DNA of 63,541 nucleotides, counting the filler, from Octopus bimaculoides (taxonomy: Eukaryota), in the NCBI RefSeq assembly GCF_001194135.2. It is 7 parts of 5 records of this genome, joined end to end, with 100 filler letters (N's around TTAATTAATTAA, not from the genome) between each part and the next. Parts side by side here need not be neighbours in the genome. Positions count along the whole stretch, not along the records: positions 1 to 10,752 come from NC_068981.1; positions 10,853 to 27,325 come from NC_068996.1; 5 more parts are not named here. One strand, 5' to 3'. The notes below the pieces were generated by a model. That model saw only the letters and a program-made list of their open reading frames with translations. It was not told the DNA's origin and ran no database searches. This document shows, in pieces, positions 1 to 13,119 of this stretch. Every line of letters begins with the position of its first letter. Positions within the stretch are counted from its first letter, which is position 1. Position numbers and translations under genes: made by a program.

Positions 1-116
1 GTCTTTGTATTTTGAAAGTTTTTCCATTTCTTTTAGAGAAACGTTGTCATCTGCTGGTATTGATACATCAATTAGAAAGCATTTTTTTTCTTCATGATCT
101 TTGACAACTATATCTG

Positions 117-118
<2 letters not shown>
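1..118 (-). mobile_element. R4/Dong-type non-LTR retrotransposon fragment (restriction-like endonuclease region), cut by window edge
   Basis: Reverse complement reads PDIVVKDHEEKKCFLIDVSIPADDNVSLKEMEKLSKYKD (PD..D motif). Homologous to 1412-1530 and 52450-52510. Abuts the (TTA)n array at 121-189. Confidence 0.85.
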
Positions 119-189
<71 letters not shown>

Positions 190-191
<2 letters not shown>

Positions 192-1800
192 GATGATCAG
201 CTGGAAATGATAAACAGCAGGAAACATTATTACAGACTGCACATGGATTTACCAAAAAATAAACAAGAAATTTGGCTTAGAAAAATATGCCAAAGCAATT
301 TTGGAAAGAGGAAAACTAGTTAAGAGTAGCAACATCACACTAGATAAAGCAAATTTTGAGACGTAGACCAAGGCCAGACGTACAAATCAGTAAGCTAGAA
401 TCAATGAACTAGATACGATACAACACACACAAACGAAAGAGAAGATAAAAAAAGGTATACTATAGACGAGTCAGATTAATCCTTAAAACAGAGTTCAATG
501 CGAAAAGCAAGATAATAGGATCAACACACTAGCTGTCCCTGTTATAAGTTAGAGCTACAATATCCTTAACTGGACTCTAAATGAACTACTCAAGATAGAC
601 AGGAAAACAAGAAAAATAATGACAGGATTTAGGATGCACCACCCAAACTCTGACATAGAAGGCTATATGTACAATGTATCGAAGGTGGTAGAGGACTTAT
701 ACAGCTAGAAAACTATTATAAAATAACCACCATAGGACTGCAGATATATCTACTTCAGAAGCAACGAAAACTAATACAAATAGTCGCAAAGTAAGAACAA
801 AACAAATAACTGTATTTAGTCTTAAAGGAGCAGATAATTACAAAAAGGAAGTCATAGTACCAAATAACTATGAAGAAAAAGAAGAAACAATGAAAGCCCT
901 AAAACAACTGAAATCCAAACTGAAACTGGAACAGCAACGGATCATGATAAAGCGATGGCAATAAAAGCCCCTTCATGCCAACTATTCGGTTAAACTAAAC
1001 AGAAAATAAATAGACAATGCAAAATTCCAACAATGGCTGAGAAGATAAGAACTTAAAGCAGAGACTGAAGGATTTTTAATTACAGCACAAGATCAAAGCC
1101 TTCCCACCAGAAATCATCAAAGGCATATAATGAAAAGAAACATAACAAGTAACTGCAGAATATGTGGAGGTGGAGAAGAAACAATAACTCATATTGCCTC
1201 TGGCTGCCCAGTCCTAGCTAAAAAGGAAAATATTCATAGACACGACAGAGTTGAGACCTATATACACTGGAAGCTATGCCAACACTATGGAATAGCAGTA
1301 GAAAAAAAAGATGGTATAGGCACACACCAGAAGAAGTCACAGATAATGAGAAAGCAACCATACTCTAGGATATGCCAATACACACAGATAGAGAAATTAA
1401 GGCCAATATACCAGATATAGTTGTCAGAGATCACCAAGAAAAAAATGCTTTCTAATCGGTGTATCAAAACTAACAAATGACAATGTTCCTTTAAAAGAAA
1501 CGGAGAAACTTTCGAAATAAAAAGATCTGGAAATAGAGATAACTCAAACATGAAAACTAAAACTAGAAACAATTCCTCTCATAGTAAGCGCATTAGGTAT
1601 GATAAAAAATATTCAGAGAAATGCATAACAAAAACACCAGGACTTACAAGTATATATAACATACAGAAAATAGCATTACCAGACACCGCACACATCCTAC
1701 GTAAAACGTTTTCAATACAGGGAAAATAAGAGCAACACAACAAACCACAGCACATACCCAAGGTACACAGAGCTGATAAAAATAAAACTACTGAATAACA
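190..1800 (+). mobile_element. 5'-truncated, decayed R4/Dong-type LINE (RT C-terminus, CCHC zinc knuckle, REL endonuclease, 3' UTR)
   Basis: Frameshifted pieces: FGLEKYAKA; WLRR*ELKAETEGF...AQDQSLPTRN; CRICGGGEETITHIASGCPVLAKK..HRHDRV; RPxxPDIVVRD; TAHILRK. Ends in an (AAC)/(AAT) tail. Confidence 0.9.
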
Positions 1801-2109
1801 GCAACAACAATAATAATAATGATTTCTTTCAGTTGCCACCAGGGCGAAGGATGAGGGAGACAATACAAAGACAGACATAAAATGTGGGGGTTTATCATTC
1901 AATAAAATGGAATGATAAAATAAAAAGTACACACGTTATACATTAGATGATGATTTTCCATACAAGGTATTTAAAATGCAAAATCATGTTTTGTAATTTT
2001 TATTATGCTTGTGAAATGAAGCAATTGAAGGTGAATATATTGATTAATTAATATATTAATTTGCATCCATTGGATCTCTCTGTCTAATAATGTTTGCTAT
2101 ATCGTGAAA

Positions 2110-2384
2110 GTGGCTGAGCACTCCACAGACACGTGTACCCTTTACGTAGTTCTCGGGGAGATTCAGCGTGTGACTAGGCTGGTCCTTTGAAATACAAGTA
2201 CAAGAGAAACAGAAAGAGTGAGAGAAAGTTGTGGTGAAAGAGTACAGCAGGGTTCGCCACTACCCTCTGCCGGAGCTTCGTAGTGCTTTTAACACTCACA
2301 ATAAACACTCACAACGCCCAGTTTGGGAATCGAAACCGCGATCCTACGACCGCCTGTCCGCTGCCCTAACCATTGCGCATCCAC
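2110..2384 (-). mobile_element. tRNA-derived SINE, family C
   Basis: Minus-strand head has tRNA-like GCAATGGTTAGGGCAGCGGAC and B-box GGTTTCGATTCCC. A homologous copy lies at 54365-54600. Confidence 0.8.
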
Positions 2385-2434
2385 ATACACACACACACAT
2401 ATATATGTATATAAATAAATAAATAAATAAATAA

Positions 2435-2500
<66 letters not shown>

Positions 2501-2519
2501 TAATAATAATAATAATATG

Positions 2520-2755
2520 ACAACAAAAGAATGAATGAGACCTCGATATTATGTAAAATAGAGGAATTTATTTATAAATATAAAATATGAGAATTAGTTG
2601 GTTGTCATAATAAAACTCAGAGTTTCGAATACCGGGATGAAGTTTGCTCCGTCATCTCATCAGTTATTAAGACAAAATGCTATGAAGAAAACCGTTAAAT
2701 AAACGGAAACAACTCCAATAGGCATGTTGAAAGTAATACTTCGTTCATAGTATCC
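2520..2755 (-). mobile_element. Probable Penelope-like element terminal repeat (pLTR) carrying a hammerhead motif
   Basis: Contains a foldable hammerhead core. Minimal hammerheads in pLTRs are an established PLE feature. Flanked by microsatellites. Confidence 0.6.
2604..2673 (-). ncRNA. Type I hammerhead ribozyme motif
   Basis: Minus strand: GTCTTAATAA-CTGATGA-G(28 nt)C-GAAA-CTCTGAG-T-T-TTATTATGAC. Stem I is 9 of 10 bp, the core is intact, and stem III is ACTC-T-GAGT. Confidence 0.75.
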
Positions 2756-2844
2756 GCATATACACACATATACACACACATACATGTACGCACACACGCA
2801 CACACGCACACATGTATGTATATATATATATATATATATATAGT

Positions 2845-4100
2845 TTAAGAGAAAAAAACCAAGGTTCATGAACTCATCGATGAAAATCCACATTCACATA
2901 TAGAAAATTAGTAAGTAAAAGAACAATTAATAATTATAATGTAATACAAAGTAAATATCATAAGATAATGATAATAAAATGACTACACATGTTTCATAAC
3001 CAAATTTTCAAATAGAAAAATATTTAAATGGATTAAAACTATCGAAAATCAATTCTCTTCAAAAATATAGCTAATCTTCAGGTCAAATTACAACAATAAT
3101 AATAATAAAAGAATGTATATATCAACCAACAATAAATAACAAATGAGTATATATAAAATTAAGATAGAAAAATATTATTAAAGATACCAAAATTATAAAC
3201 GTTCCATAATTAACTTTGCGTTTATTATAATATAAACTAACAGAAATATTATATGAAAAAACTAATTTTAACGAATCTTTCGTTTAAAATACAATTTAAA
3301 GGAAGTTTTAGGTTAAATTTAATAAAGATAGAAGTAATATTTATCTAAACGAGGCTATTGTTTAAACTAAAAGATTTTAGACTACAACGTTTATTAGAAA
3401 GAAGTCTCGTGAAAATATTGCGTAAAGAAAAAGAATAGAATAAATAGATATAAAAACATGAATGAAAATATTATTATGAATGAAAGATTCAACTTTATAT
3501 AACTTAAATCATAATAAAACAATTAACTATATTGTAAACATTTAATTGAATTTAAAATCTAAATGATTATAGATTCAAAATAATAAGACTAAGAAACAAT
3601 ATATACTAACAGAAATATAATATGCAAATCTTATCTTAACGAATCTTTCGTTTAAATTACAATTTAAACGAAGTTTTAGGTTAAACTAAAATTATATTTA
3701 TGAACGTAAAATATAAACTAACAAAAATTAATTTGTATAAATTAATTTATAAAAGCAATTATATCACCATTAAATAAAGGAAACAATTTAACAAGATTAT
3801 TGAAAAGAAATACAAAATTTATCTAATCGAAACTTTAGTTTAAATAAAATTAGAGATGTTGTACTATTGACTAAACATTAATTAGAAAATAAACTAATAA
3901 TCAAAGAAATTAAATAAAAAGACTAGTTATTTATCCCATAAAACAAAAAGAAATATTAAACAGTATTAATGGAAAAAATTCAACCCTAATCTAATCGAAG
4001 TCTTGGTTTAGGCTAAGATGATAAACTTACTACTATTAATACAGTGTTAAAAACGGTACCGACTAAAATTATCATTAACAATCAATTGAATTAATATAAA
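2845..4100. repeat. Very AT-rich interspersed repeat with diverged internal subrepeats
   Basis: 2845-3000 is homologous to 14780-14940 (GAACTCATCGATGA.AATCCAC..TCACATATAGAAAA). About 3230-3320 recurs at about 3600-3690. Confidence 0.6.
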
Positions 4101-4460
4101 AATACATTTTTTTTTCAAACAAACACACATATATACATATATATGTCTACGCATACACGCACATACACACGCAATTATACTCATGCATGCATCACTACGG
4201 TCATATATACAACTCTACACGCATCGCTACACTCATATAGACAATTTTACTCAAAGTTATTGTTACTGGATAGCATTGATTGAAATGAACAATCGCTGAA
4301 AAGACGGAATGTTCAAAGTTAAACATGTATTTTAATCAATGGCATTGATCCGGGGCTGTACAAAATCAATGACTAAGGAAGAAACATCGTACGTAATACG
4401 GATAAACAATCACACGCATGCACATGCACGACCACGCACACATACACAGACACACACCAC

Positions 4461-4498
<38 letters not shown>

Positions 4499-4819
4499 GG
4501 AAACAGAACCATACGCACACTCTACACAGGTCCATACACACAAAGAAATATGTTGAGACATGCACACATACCAGACGCACGCAAACACAAACCCATAGAC
4601 ATACACACAGTCACAGAAACCCATAGACGTAGATACACTCAAACACGTGCATAGAAGGATACAGAGATACACACGCACACATGCACATACATACAAACAC
4701 ACAAACATGCACACAAAAACATTGATATGCAGAATATATACATACGTACGTAGACACACTCATATATATATATATGCATACGCACACATACATACATATC
4801 TGCATACACATATTCCCTT

Positions 4820-4972
4820 GTTTGGACTTTTTTCTATATTTCTGATGAAGAGCTCCGCTCGCAACGTGAAATCCTCTATACTTTCTTTCCTTTCCTGAGC
4901 GTCCAATAACACAGTACTTGTTCCCCGTTCTCGCGTTGTTGTTTCTTCTTGCTTGTTCTTGTTTGGATTGAC

Positions 4973-4975
<3 letters not shown>
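4820..4975 (+). mobile_element. PLE pLTR-like repeat with a degenerate minimal hammerhead (4838-4872)
   Basis: ATTT-CTGATGA-A-GAGC-TCC-GCTC-GCAA-CGT-G-AAAT. Related copies at about 20270-20390 and 30310-30450. Confidence 0.55.
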
Positions 4976-5056
<81 letters not shown>

Positions 5057-5062
5057 TAGATG

Positions 5063-5125
<63 letters not shown>

Positions 5126-5754
5126 NNNNNNNNNNNNNNNNNNNNNNNNNNNNNNNNNNNNNNNNNNNNNNNNNNNNNNNNNNNNNNNNNNNNNNNNNNN
5201 NNNNNNNNNNNNNNNNNNNNNNNNNNNNNNNNNNNNNNNNNNNNNNNNNNNNNNNNNNNNNNNNNNNNNNNNNCACACACACACACACACACACACTCAC
5301 AAATGTATAAACACATATCTGAAGTGCACTTTCGAGCAAAATAATTTATGTGAAACCCTGAAATTGTATATTGTGATGTTTTTAAAAATGTCTCCAGATC
5401 TTGATAATTTCAATAAACCAACGCCATGCAGTTTTATAAGACGCAGATTCTTCAACTTAGATCAAAGATGTTGTATGCATACAACTACTTCATCGTATCA
5501 CTGCTGCATAAATCTCTCTGAGAGATTTAGAAATGTATTATTTTTAAATCAAAAATGTTCTGACAAAAATCTAAAGGTATTCGACTATTATTACTCGAAT
5601 GTAAGTTATAAGCTTGCATGTTTGTTCACACGCATGCAAGCATGCTCATGCATACGTACATACATGGTTTTATTTTTATTATAAAATACTATCCCCACGA
5701 AAATAGTTTTTTTTTTTTTTCGGAAAGGTTTTAGATTCATTTGTGCTGACAAAG

Positions 5755-5990
5755 CGGCTGAGGAAAAACGAGGTAACTGTTGGCATTGCGATCAGGAATG
5801 ACTTAAATTGAAGTTTTGACCATTTGCCATGCTATGTGATTGACCGAGTAATTAATCTCCGCTTAATGCCGTTCTACGTGAGTCATGTGACTACCTTTTC
5901 TCTATATGTACCAACTATTTTTGAACGGGTGGAACTCTGCTCTTTTTCTACAAGAATTTTAGAAATGCTTTTCTCTCCACACTGTCAAAT
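5755..5990 (+). mobile_element. RTE-clade LINE AP-endonuclease fragment (decayed)
   Basis: Translates GIAIRNDLN*SFDHLPCYVIDRVINLRLMPFYVSHVTTFSLYVPT, matching the RTE APE pattern G(F/I)AIRN..L..LP...DR...LRL......T..S.YAPT. Confidence 0.65.
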
Positions 5991-8529
5991 TCCCTGACAG
6001 AGCCTTGAAATCACTCTCAAATTGGCCGCCCAGAATTTTTGAAGAAAGTTACTGGTCCAAAATGCTGTTGAGTGAGATAGGACACGAAAACACGTATTTC
6101 TCATATGAAAGTCGTTCTTAACCTCACTACCATTTATTATGTTTCTAGAGGTTGCCATTATCTAATCTTTAACAGGCATCTTCCTTCTCTAAATCACATA
6201 GACCTATAGAATTGAAACTTGCCTCAAATTAATATTTCGATTTTTGTTTCTATTTGTAACGACAAAACTACCGTAAAGCTAGTGACTGCGAAGAAGATGG
6301 TCTGAACACGTAAACAACAGACAAGACATAACTCATTCTTGCGGACGTTCATCAAGTTCTCTTTATCAAATGAGCAATTTGATCGGTTGTCCTTCACCAA
6401 GTTACGACACGTTGAGCGCCTCTACCGACGACACTCAGCCCGAACGATGTGAAATATGTTCTATGTTGTTTTCCAATATTTGTTGATGCTAAGTTCAAAG
6501 TAACATTAATTATCAAGAAATATTGACTTTTTTCATCGCATATTTATTTTAGTTTTTCAATATTGCATATAATGAATCTGATTCTTTCATGAAACATCGA
6601 ATTTCAATATTCACACTTGACGTGTAAGAGTAAAGTATGAACAAAGTTATGTAAGAAATCAATATTGTCCGTATATGGTTGATGTACAGCATTGTGGCAC
6701 GGAAAATAGAACATATGCAGGGAGACGTAGTTTGTAGATCGTGCGTCTTTGCTGATGAGGATAGGTGCAAGATGCTGTATGAGACACCTGCTCCCACTTT
6801 CTCTTTCAAACCCTCATAGTTTTCACTGACATTGCTTTCAACCAATAATTATAGAAGTTTTTCTGTCCACTGAGTGTTCACGTCTCTGTGGTAAGTATCA
6901 TAGGTAGGTTGCTCGTATGCACATAGTATTCGCGCAGATCTGCTGCCTAAAATACATGTGAAAAGAAACAAAAACCAAAACAAAGAACGACACCTACATC
7001 CCATATAGTATAGATAACAAACAAAATGCTGCTCAGAGTGTGCGTACCAATGAATTATTGGCTCATTTGTTGAAGGCTGTTTATAATGACTTGAGAACTC
7101 CAAGCAAATATTTAAACATGAATGAATATTGCCACACAAGTTATAAGATTTTCATGCATTACAAAAGTACAACGAGATAAAATCAGTATAATGCAAGAAA
7201 CAAGTAGCTAAAAATGAAAATTTATCATCCGGTCTTGATTAAAGTCAAGTAATATATATAAATATGGATCGTGTTTTGTCTGATGTAGCAATCACATTTT
7301 GGTTAAGTATGTAGTTATTAGAATGGCTAAGAAAGAGTGTGTATTTCGTACCATTCAGTAGAATACACTAGAGTTTGGCGACAGTGGAGACGACGTTCCG
7401 GCTCGATAGCTCTAACAGTCGGCGAATTGGCATTTTTTCCCACGCTATTTATAATAGTTTCGAGCCTTCCCAGAATCATCTTTCACGTGGTGCTTAGTTT
7501 CTGTGGGCATTTAGTCCAGAAAAATAAGGTGTGTGAGTGTATAGTGGTGGTGGTGGGGATAAATAATACAATCTGGTGTGGGATGGATAGGTAGATAAAT
7601 AGATAAGGGCATTGTAGTAATACTAAGCAGTATAGTGAGGATTTTTTGTCCAGGGAAACTTGAGGGAGTGAGTGCAAGGACTAGTAAAACAGTATTTCTA
7701 TACAAAGAAATGCGGAGTGGGGGCAAGTGTAAAGATGGACAGATAAGGGAAAAAATAAAATACAGCAGATGCCAGACATAGAAGGCTGGGTATCAATGAG
7801 AGGTGACGTTGTGGGTAATAAAGTGAACGTAAAATTGATAATAGATAATAGATAATGTAGTGAGTGGTCAAATTTTACTAGAACGGAGGCCCAGGGTTTT
7901 CCAACTTCTAAGAAGCGCTAGAAATAGTTGCCAACTTTCAAACAACATATTTGAGGTTTGTGGTATAAAAACAAAGGTTAAGACGTAATGTTATAAAAAT
8001 GAAAATAAAATTAAAACATAAAGATAATAAAGAAACAATTAAATTATAATTTAAATTGGCTAAACTGGAAACATGACCATCCCTAAATACAACAATATCT
8101 GTTTCAACACACGAATTCAGATCAAGAATCTTTCAAAATAAATATATAAACGTAATTCAAATTAAGTTAACACTTAAAAAGTAAGATAAAGATTACAAAT
8201 AAGACATGAGTGTCCGTAGCGCTAATTAAGATACATTATTAATGAGATCTGCAGAAGTCATATAGGCCTAAGGAGTCTATGTTTTTACGGAGAGAAGGTT
8301 TAGTGTTGTTTATTTATTAACGGTAAAAGCGTTATATATGTGTAAGTTTCCGATATGTAAAATGTCTAACCTAGATGTTACTGATAATCAGAAATGTTTT
8401 TTTTTTACACTTAGACCTATGAGAAAATCCGAAGTACTTAAAATTTTGGGTGTACAGGTGGAGAATGCTATGTGCTGCTTAATAAGGTGTAGGGTTTGGT
8501 AACAGTATGTGTTAGGATTCTTTTAGGTG

Positions 8530-8745
8530 TAGCCAACAAGTGATACGCTGGACCTTCTGGTTCACTGGTGATTTTTACCAGTATTTCTCGGGAGTGGCCA
8601 TGGGAACGGGAATGGGCCCCAACTATGCAAACCTGTTCGATGGCTACGTTGAGGCCCAAATATTCTGAAGTTTCACTGGTCACACTCCCGAACTATACGG
8701 CCGTTATATTGACGAATGTATCGGTGCGACCTCATCCAGAAAAAT
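8530..8745 (+). mobile_element. Penelope-like reverse transcriptase fragment
   Basis: Translates GDFYQYFSGVAMGTGMGPNYANLFDGYVEAQIF*SFTGHTPELYGRYIDECIG, the PLE RT motif B' (G.AMG...P.YANLF) and the RYIDD-like motif C. Confidence 0.85.
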
Positions 8746-9065
8746 TCGGATTACAAGTTGCTATTGGTTAGACAGACTAAAAGAAATCAACCTATAATGT
8801 ACTATTTCATGGGATTCTGGAGAGATTCTGAATACTTCACGAGATATTCTCTTTTATAAAAAATTATGAGAAATTCATTATTTCTTTCTAAATGTTTCTC
8901 CCCAGAGAGGAAGCCATGAACGATCTGATGTGAGGTTCGACTGCTTAAACATTATTTTACTACAGAACAAAATACTGCTTAAACATTATTTTACTACAGA
9001 AGAAAATACTTTACAATGTAACTAAATATGGCAGTATTGAATTCAATTATTTACGAATCTATTCT

Positions 9066-9117
<52 letters not shown>

Positions 9118-9646
9118 CAAAACATATACCCACATAGAAAAAAATGACACAGAATAGACGTGGATAAAATTCAGTATAAACACGTAATTCTGGGTACATT
9201 ACAGGTTATAGATACATGCACACACACACACACACACANNNNNNNNNNNNNNNNNNNNNNNNNNNNNNNNNNNNNNNNNNNNNNNNNNNNNNNNNNNNNN
9301 NNNNNNNNNNNNNNNNNNNNNNNNNNNNNNNNNNNNNNNNNNNNNNNNNNNNNNNNNNNNNNNNNNNNNNNNNNNNNNNNNNNNNNNNNNNNNNNNNNNN
9401 NNNNNNNNNNNNNNNNNNNNNNNNNNNNNNNNNNNNNNNNNNNNNNNNNNNNNNNNNNNNNNNNNNNNNNNNNNNNNNNNNNNNNNNNNNNNNNNNNNNN
9501 NNNNNNNNNNNNNNNNNNNNNNNNNNNNNNNNNNNNNNNNNNNNNNNNNNNNNNNNNNNNNNNNNNNNNNNNNNNNNNNNNNNNNNNNNNNNNNNNNNNN
9601 NNNNNNNNNNNNNNNNNNNNNNNNNNNNNNNNNNNNNNNNNNNNNN

Positions 9647-9694
<48 letters not shown>

Positions 9695-9699
9695 AAATT

Positions 9700-10430
9700 G
9701 AGGGCTCGGACGAATGAAGATAAAGTATAATCCATCGATGAAGAGATCGATCAAGAAATTAACAAAATGACTTCAGGCCCAAACATAGAGAAGAATTCAA
9801 ATCTATGGAAAGAGGATTGTGACAAAGAAGAACTGAAATCTCTCCAGCACTGGGAAAAAAGTACCTCTTCGTTTTCCAACTATGAAACTGTCTTTCAAAC
9901 AGAATATGCTTCCAACAACTCTTTCCTAAAAATAAGAGAATCAAAACAACACTCAAATAGAGGTTCACACCTATCTAAAAATAGAACTATCCCCCCTACC
10001 AAAAAAGGAATACAAGACCTAATCCTAGCTTCATAACCCACCAGCAGAACAACATCGGGGGTACCCCAACAACAAACAAAGAAATTTAAAAGTCCCTACC
10101 CACAAGGTAGGCATTACAACCCACCCCAGAAGGAGATATCAACGTAATTTTTATTCCAACAATCCACTTACCATAACCACGCACAAATCCATACCACACA
10201 AAATAATTACCAGCGACAGTACGCAAACGCAGGAATACGAGATAGCACCAGGCATACAGGAGAAGCCAAAAGTGATAAAAGTCATCAATCCAACTGATAA
10301 AGAACTAACACCAGACCAAATAAACATACGCTCCAAAGGGTTCAAATTCACAATCAAATTTCCCCAACTACAACGAAATGAGAGAGAATTACAAAATTCT
10401 ATAGAAAATTATTTAGAGTTTCGTCAAGAA
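9700..10430 (+). mobile_element. Penelope-like ORF N-terminal region (decayed)
   Basis: KVINPTDKELTPDQINIRSKGFKFT resembles the conserved PLE pre-RT motif VINLS...LT..Q..LL.KGL.F. Confidence 0.6.
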
Positions 10431-11031
10431 AGTTAGCAGGTTTGTGAGCGTTTTCGAATGTGATAGATAGGTTTAGGTTAGAGAAGGATTTATGTATGTA
10501 TGCAAGGTATATATACCTGCGTGTGCAGAGGCGATAATACATACAGATCCACGTATGTATGGGTGTACGTATGTACATATACATATGAGTACGTGTTGTA
10601 TGCGTAGGTGATGGTATGTATAAATATCTATATACATGTTTAATATATGCATGTGTATACATCTTCACATATATATTTTTTTCTACTACTAAGCTCTGAC
10701 CAGTCTAACCAACATAACCTATATTCCCAAAGTCTTAATTCCATCATCTTACNNNNNNNNNNNNNNNNNNNNNNNNNNNNNNNNNNNNNNNNNNNNTTAA
10801 TTAATTAANNNNNNNNNNNNNNNNNNNNNNNNNNNNNNNNNNNNNNNNNNNNATATATATACGCTTACAATTAAGTGTTAATAAAGAATGCGTACTCTAG
10901 TGTAATAATTTCTACCGTCACCTCTGCAAATTCTACCAAGCCTCTGCATAAATGTACACACACACATACGTACGTGCGCGTGCACACACACACACACACG
11001 CACCCACACGCTTGTATATATAATGTGTATG

Positions 11032-11069
<38 letters not shown>

Positions 11070-11488
11070 TGTCTGTGCACATTTATACATATGCACATAT
11101 GTATATATATTCACACACACACACCCCTATGTATATGTATGCATATTTTCATATATATATATATATATANNNNNNNNNNNNNNNNNNNNNNNNNNNNNNN
11201 NNNNNNNNNNNNNNNNNNNNNNNNNNNNNAATATACTCAAATACCCAAAATTTCAAGGAGTCCCTATCGCCATCCACTTTAGAGAAAAATTTGTAGTTTG
11301 GAATCAGTAGTTCTTTGACTGCTATTTCTAAATTTTCAGTATGTTGGAGAAGCAACTAAATTGCTAATCCCTGTATATTTATAATGATAAATAGTTTTAC
11401 CGATAAAGGTTTTTTTCATACTGAACTACTTGGCAGAATTGTTAATTATTAATTCTATTATTAATTGACGATTCTCTGCCCTTATTCT

Positions 11489-11535
<47 letters not shown>

Positions 11536-12270
11536 GTGTGTGTGTGTGTGTGTGCCTATTTATGCATATATATTTCTCTCTCTCTCTATATATATGTATA
11601 TATATATTTATATGTATTTATACACTCATACAAACACACGCACACACACACGCGCACTCATACACATGCATATGTAGAGACTGTATGACAGATATGCGTA
11701 AACATGTATGTATGTACGTACAGATGCGGATATGCATATACTTTTGTATGCAATCATGAATGTGTGCTTCTTGCGTACAAGCCTATGCACATGCCTACGG
11801 TTTACGTGCCGTTCCATACGTGCATGCACTTTGCTAGGAATTTAAGTGAGAATAGGGATGGAAAGTGTGCATTGTGTATTGAACTGAATATGTATCTCTG
11901 TGTAATATAACACCGCATTTATTCTAAAGATTTGCATCTTGAAATATACATAATATATCATTACTATTATTCAATGTGTACCGAAAATGTCGCAGTGTTT
12001 ATCTGTTTGTCTTCTTATCTGATTCCTTCCCTCTCTCTCTCTCTCTCTCGTTACACACCCACCTCTACGCCACTACGACACACAAGTATACTCACCAGCA
12101 GATACATATCCATTTGCATACGTAATTATGCTGGATATTGCAATCGAATTAGTTATCACTTCATATATTCTATGATTAATTATACACTGATATATGTGTT
12201 TTTGTTGTGTTCCTCTAAGTGTATATGTGGGCACAGGTGTATGTTTCAATATACATGTGCGCGTGAGAAA

Positions 12271-12311
<41 letters not shown>

Positions 12312-12499
12312 CGATTGTAAATACATGTGCAGACGTGTGAATGTATATGTTTATACGTGTAGTTAGGTGTATAAATCTTTTTTTTATGCGTGGGTGTGTG
12401 TTTCCATATTTGTGTGCTTCAGTTTGAGTATTTTTGTTCAGTGTGAGAGTGAATTTATTTATGTGTCTGTTTGTGTACATGGTTCTGTTTGTGTGTGTG

Positions 12500-12800
12500 T
12501 GTGTGTGTGAGTATGATAGTAATTAATTCCATACCATTGCTTCTCGCAGATATCAGTATGGACACTAGGACTTCTCTGCGAATATTGAATCAAATGAAGA
12601 TTGGTAATTTCCACCTGTATTTGAGCTTCTTCGTATTTATTAATACTAGCGAGGCGTGTGAATATTTCAAGGAATTAATGGTAGATCTGTTGGGTTATTC
12701 CTGAAAACATTCTCAAAAAAAAAACAAAAAAAACCTGATAGCGTAGCCTGTGTTGTGTCTGTATCAAAAGATAGTCACTCATCTGCTAATCATTGAAAAG
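12500..12800 (-). mobile_element. Second degraded Helitron helicase segment
   Basis: About 12637-12710 is a diverged copy of about 13547-13620, which lies inside the recognisable Helitron fragment. Confidence 0.45.
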
Positions 12801-13119
12801 TGAAGGAAATTGCAATATGATGATTACCTAATACATTTTATATATACACTTTATATACTTTATGCACAATTTTATAGACTTAATACACAACACTCTCCCC
12901 ATTATTTTTCCATTTTTTCCATAAACAGAAAAAAAATTACATTTTAAAATTTACATGTTCACAATTTCATATCTAGAAAACAAAAATTTTATAGTAAAAA
13001 ATTATCTTATATGTAAAATATAGGTGTCACAATTTCACAGGGGTGAAAATTAAATGCAGCACGGCATACTCTGAAAGCATTGTTGGTAACTTATAATACG
13101 TTTCAAGTTGCGTACACCT

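Noticed and set aside
2110-2384. tRNA-like sequences in SINE heads
   Set aside because: They lack a complete cloverleaf and continue into multicopy SINE bodies, so they are not tRNA genes.
6549-7139. Two consecutive same-frame minus-strand ORFs (96 and 98 aa)
   Set aside because: No recognisable domain. It could be a decayed transposase, but I cannot support a call without a TBLASTN/HMM search.
7339-7368. Hammerhead-like GTGTAT-T-CTA-CTGAATG-GTAC-GAA-ATACAC on the minus strand
   Set aside because: The core is CTGAATG, not CTGANGA, and there is no stem I. At best a decayed pLTR remnant.
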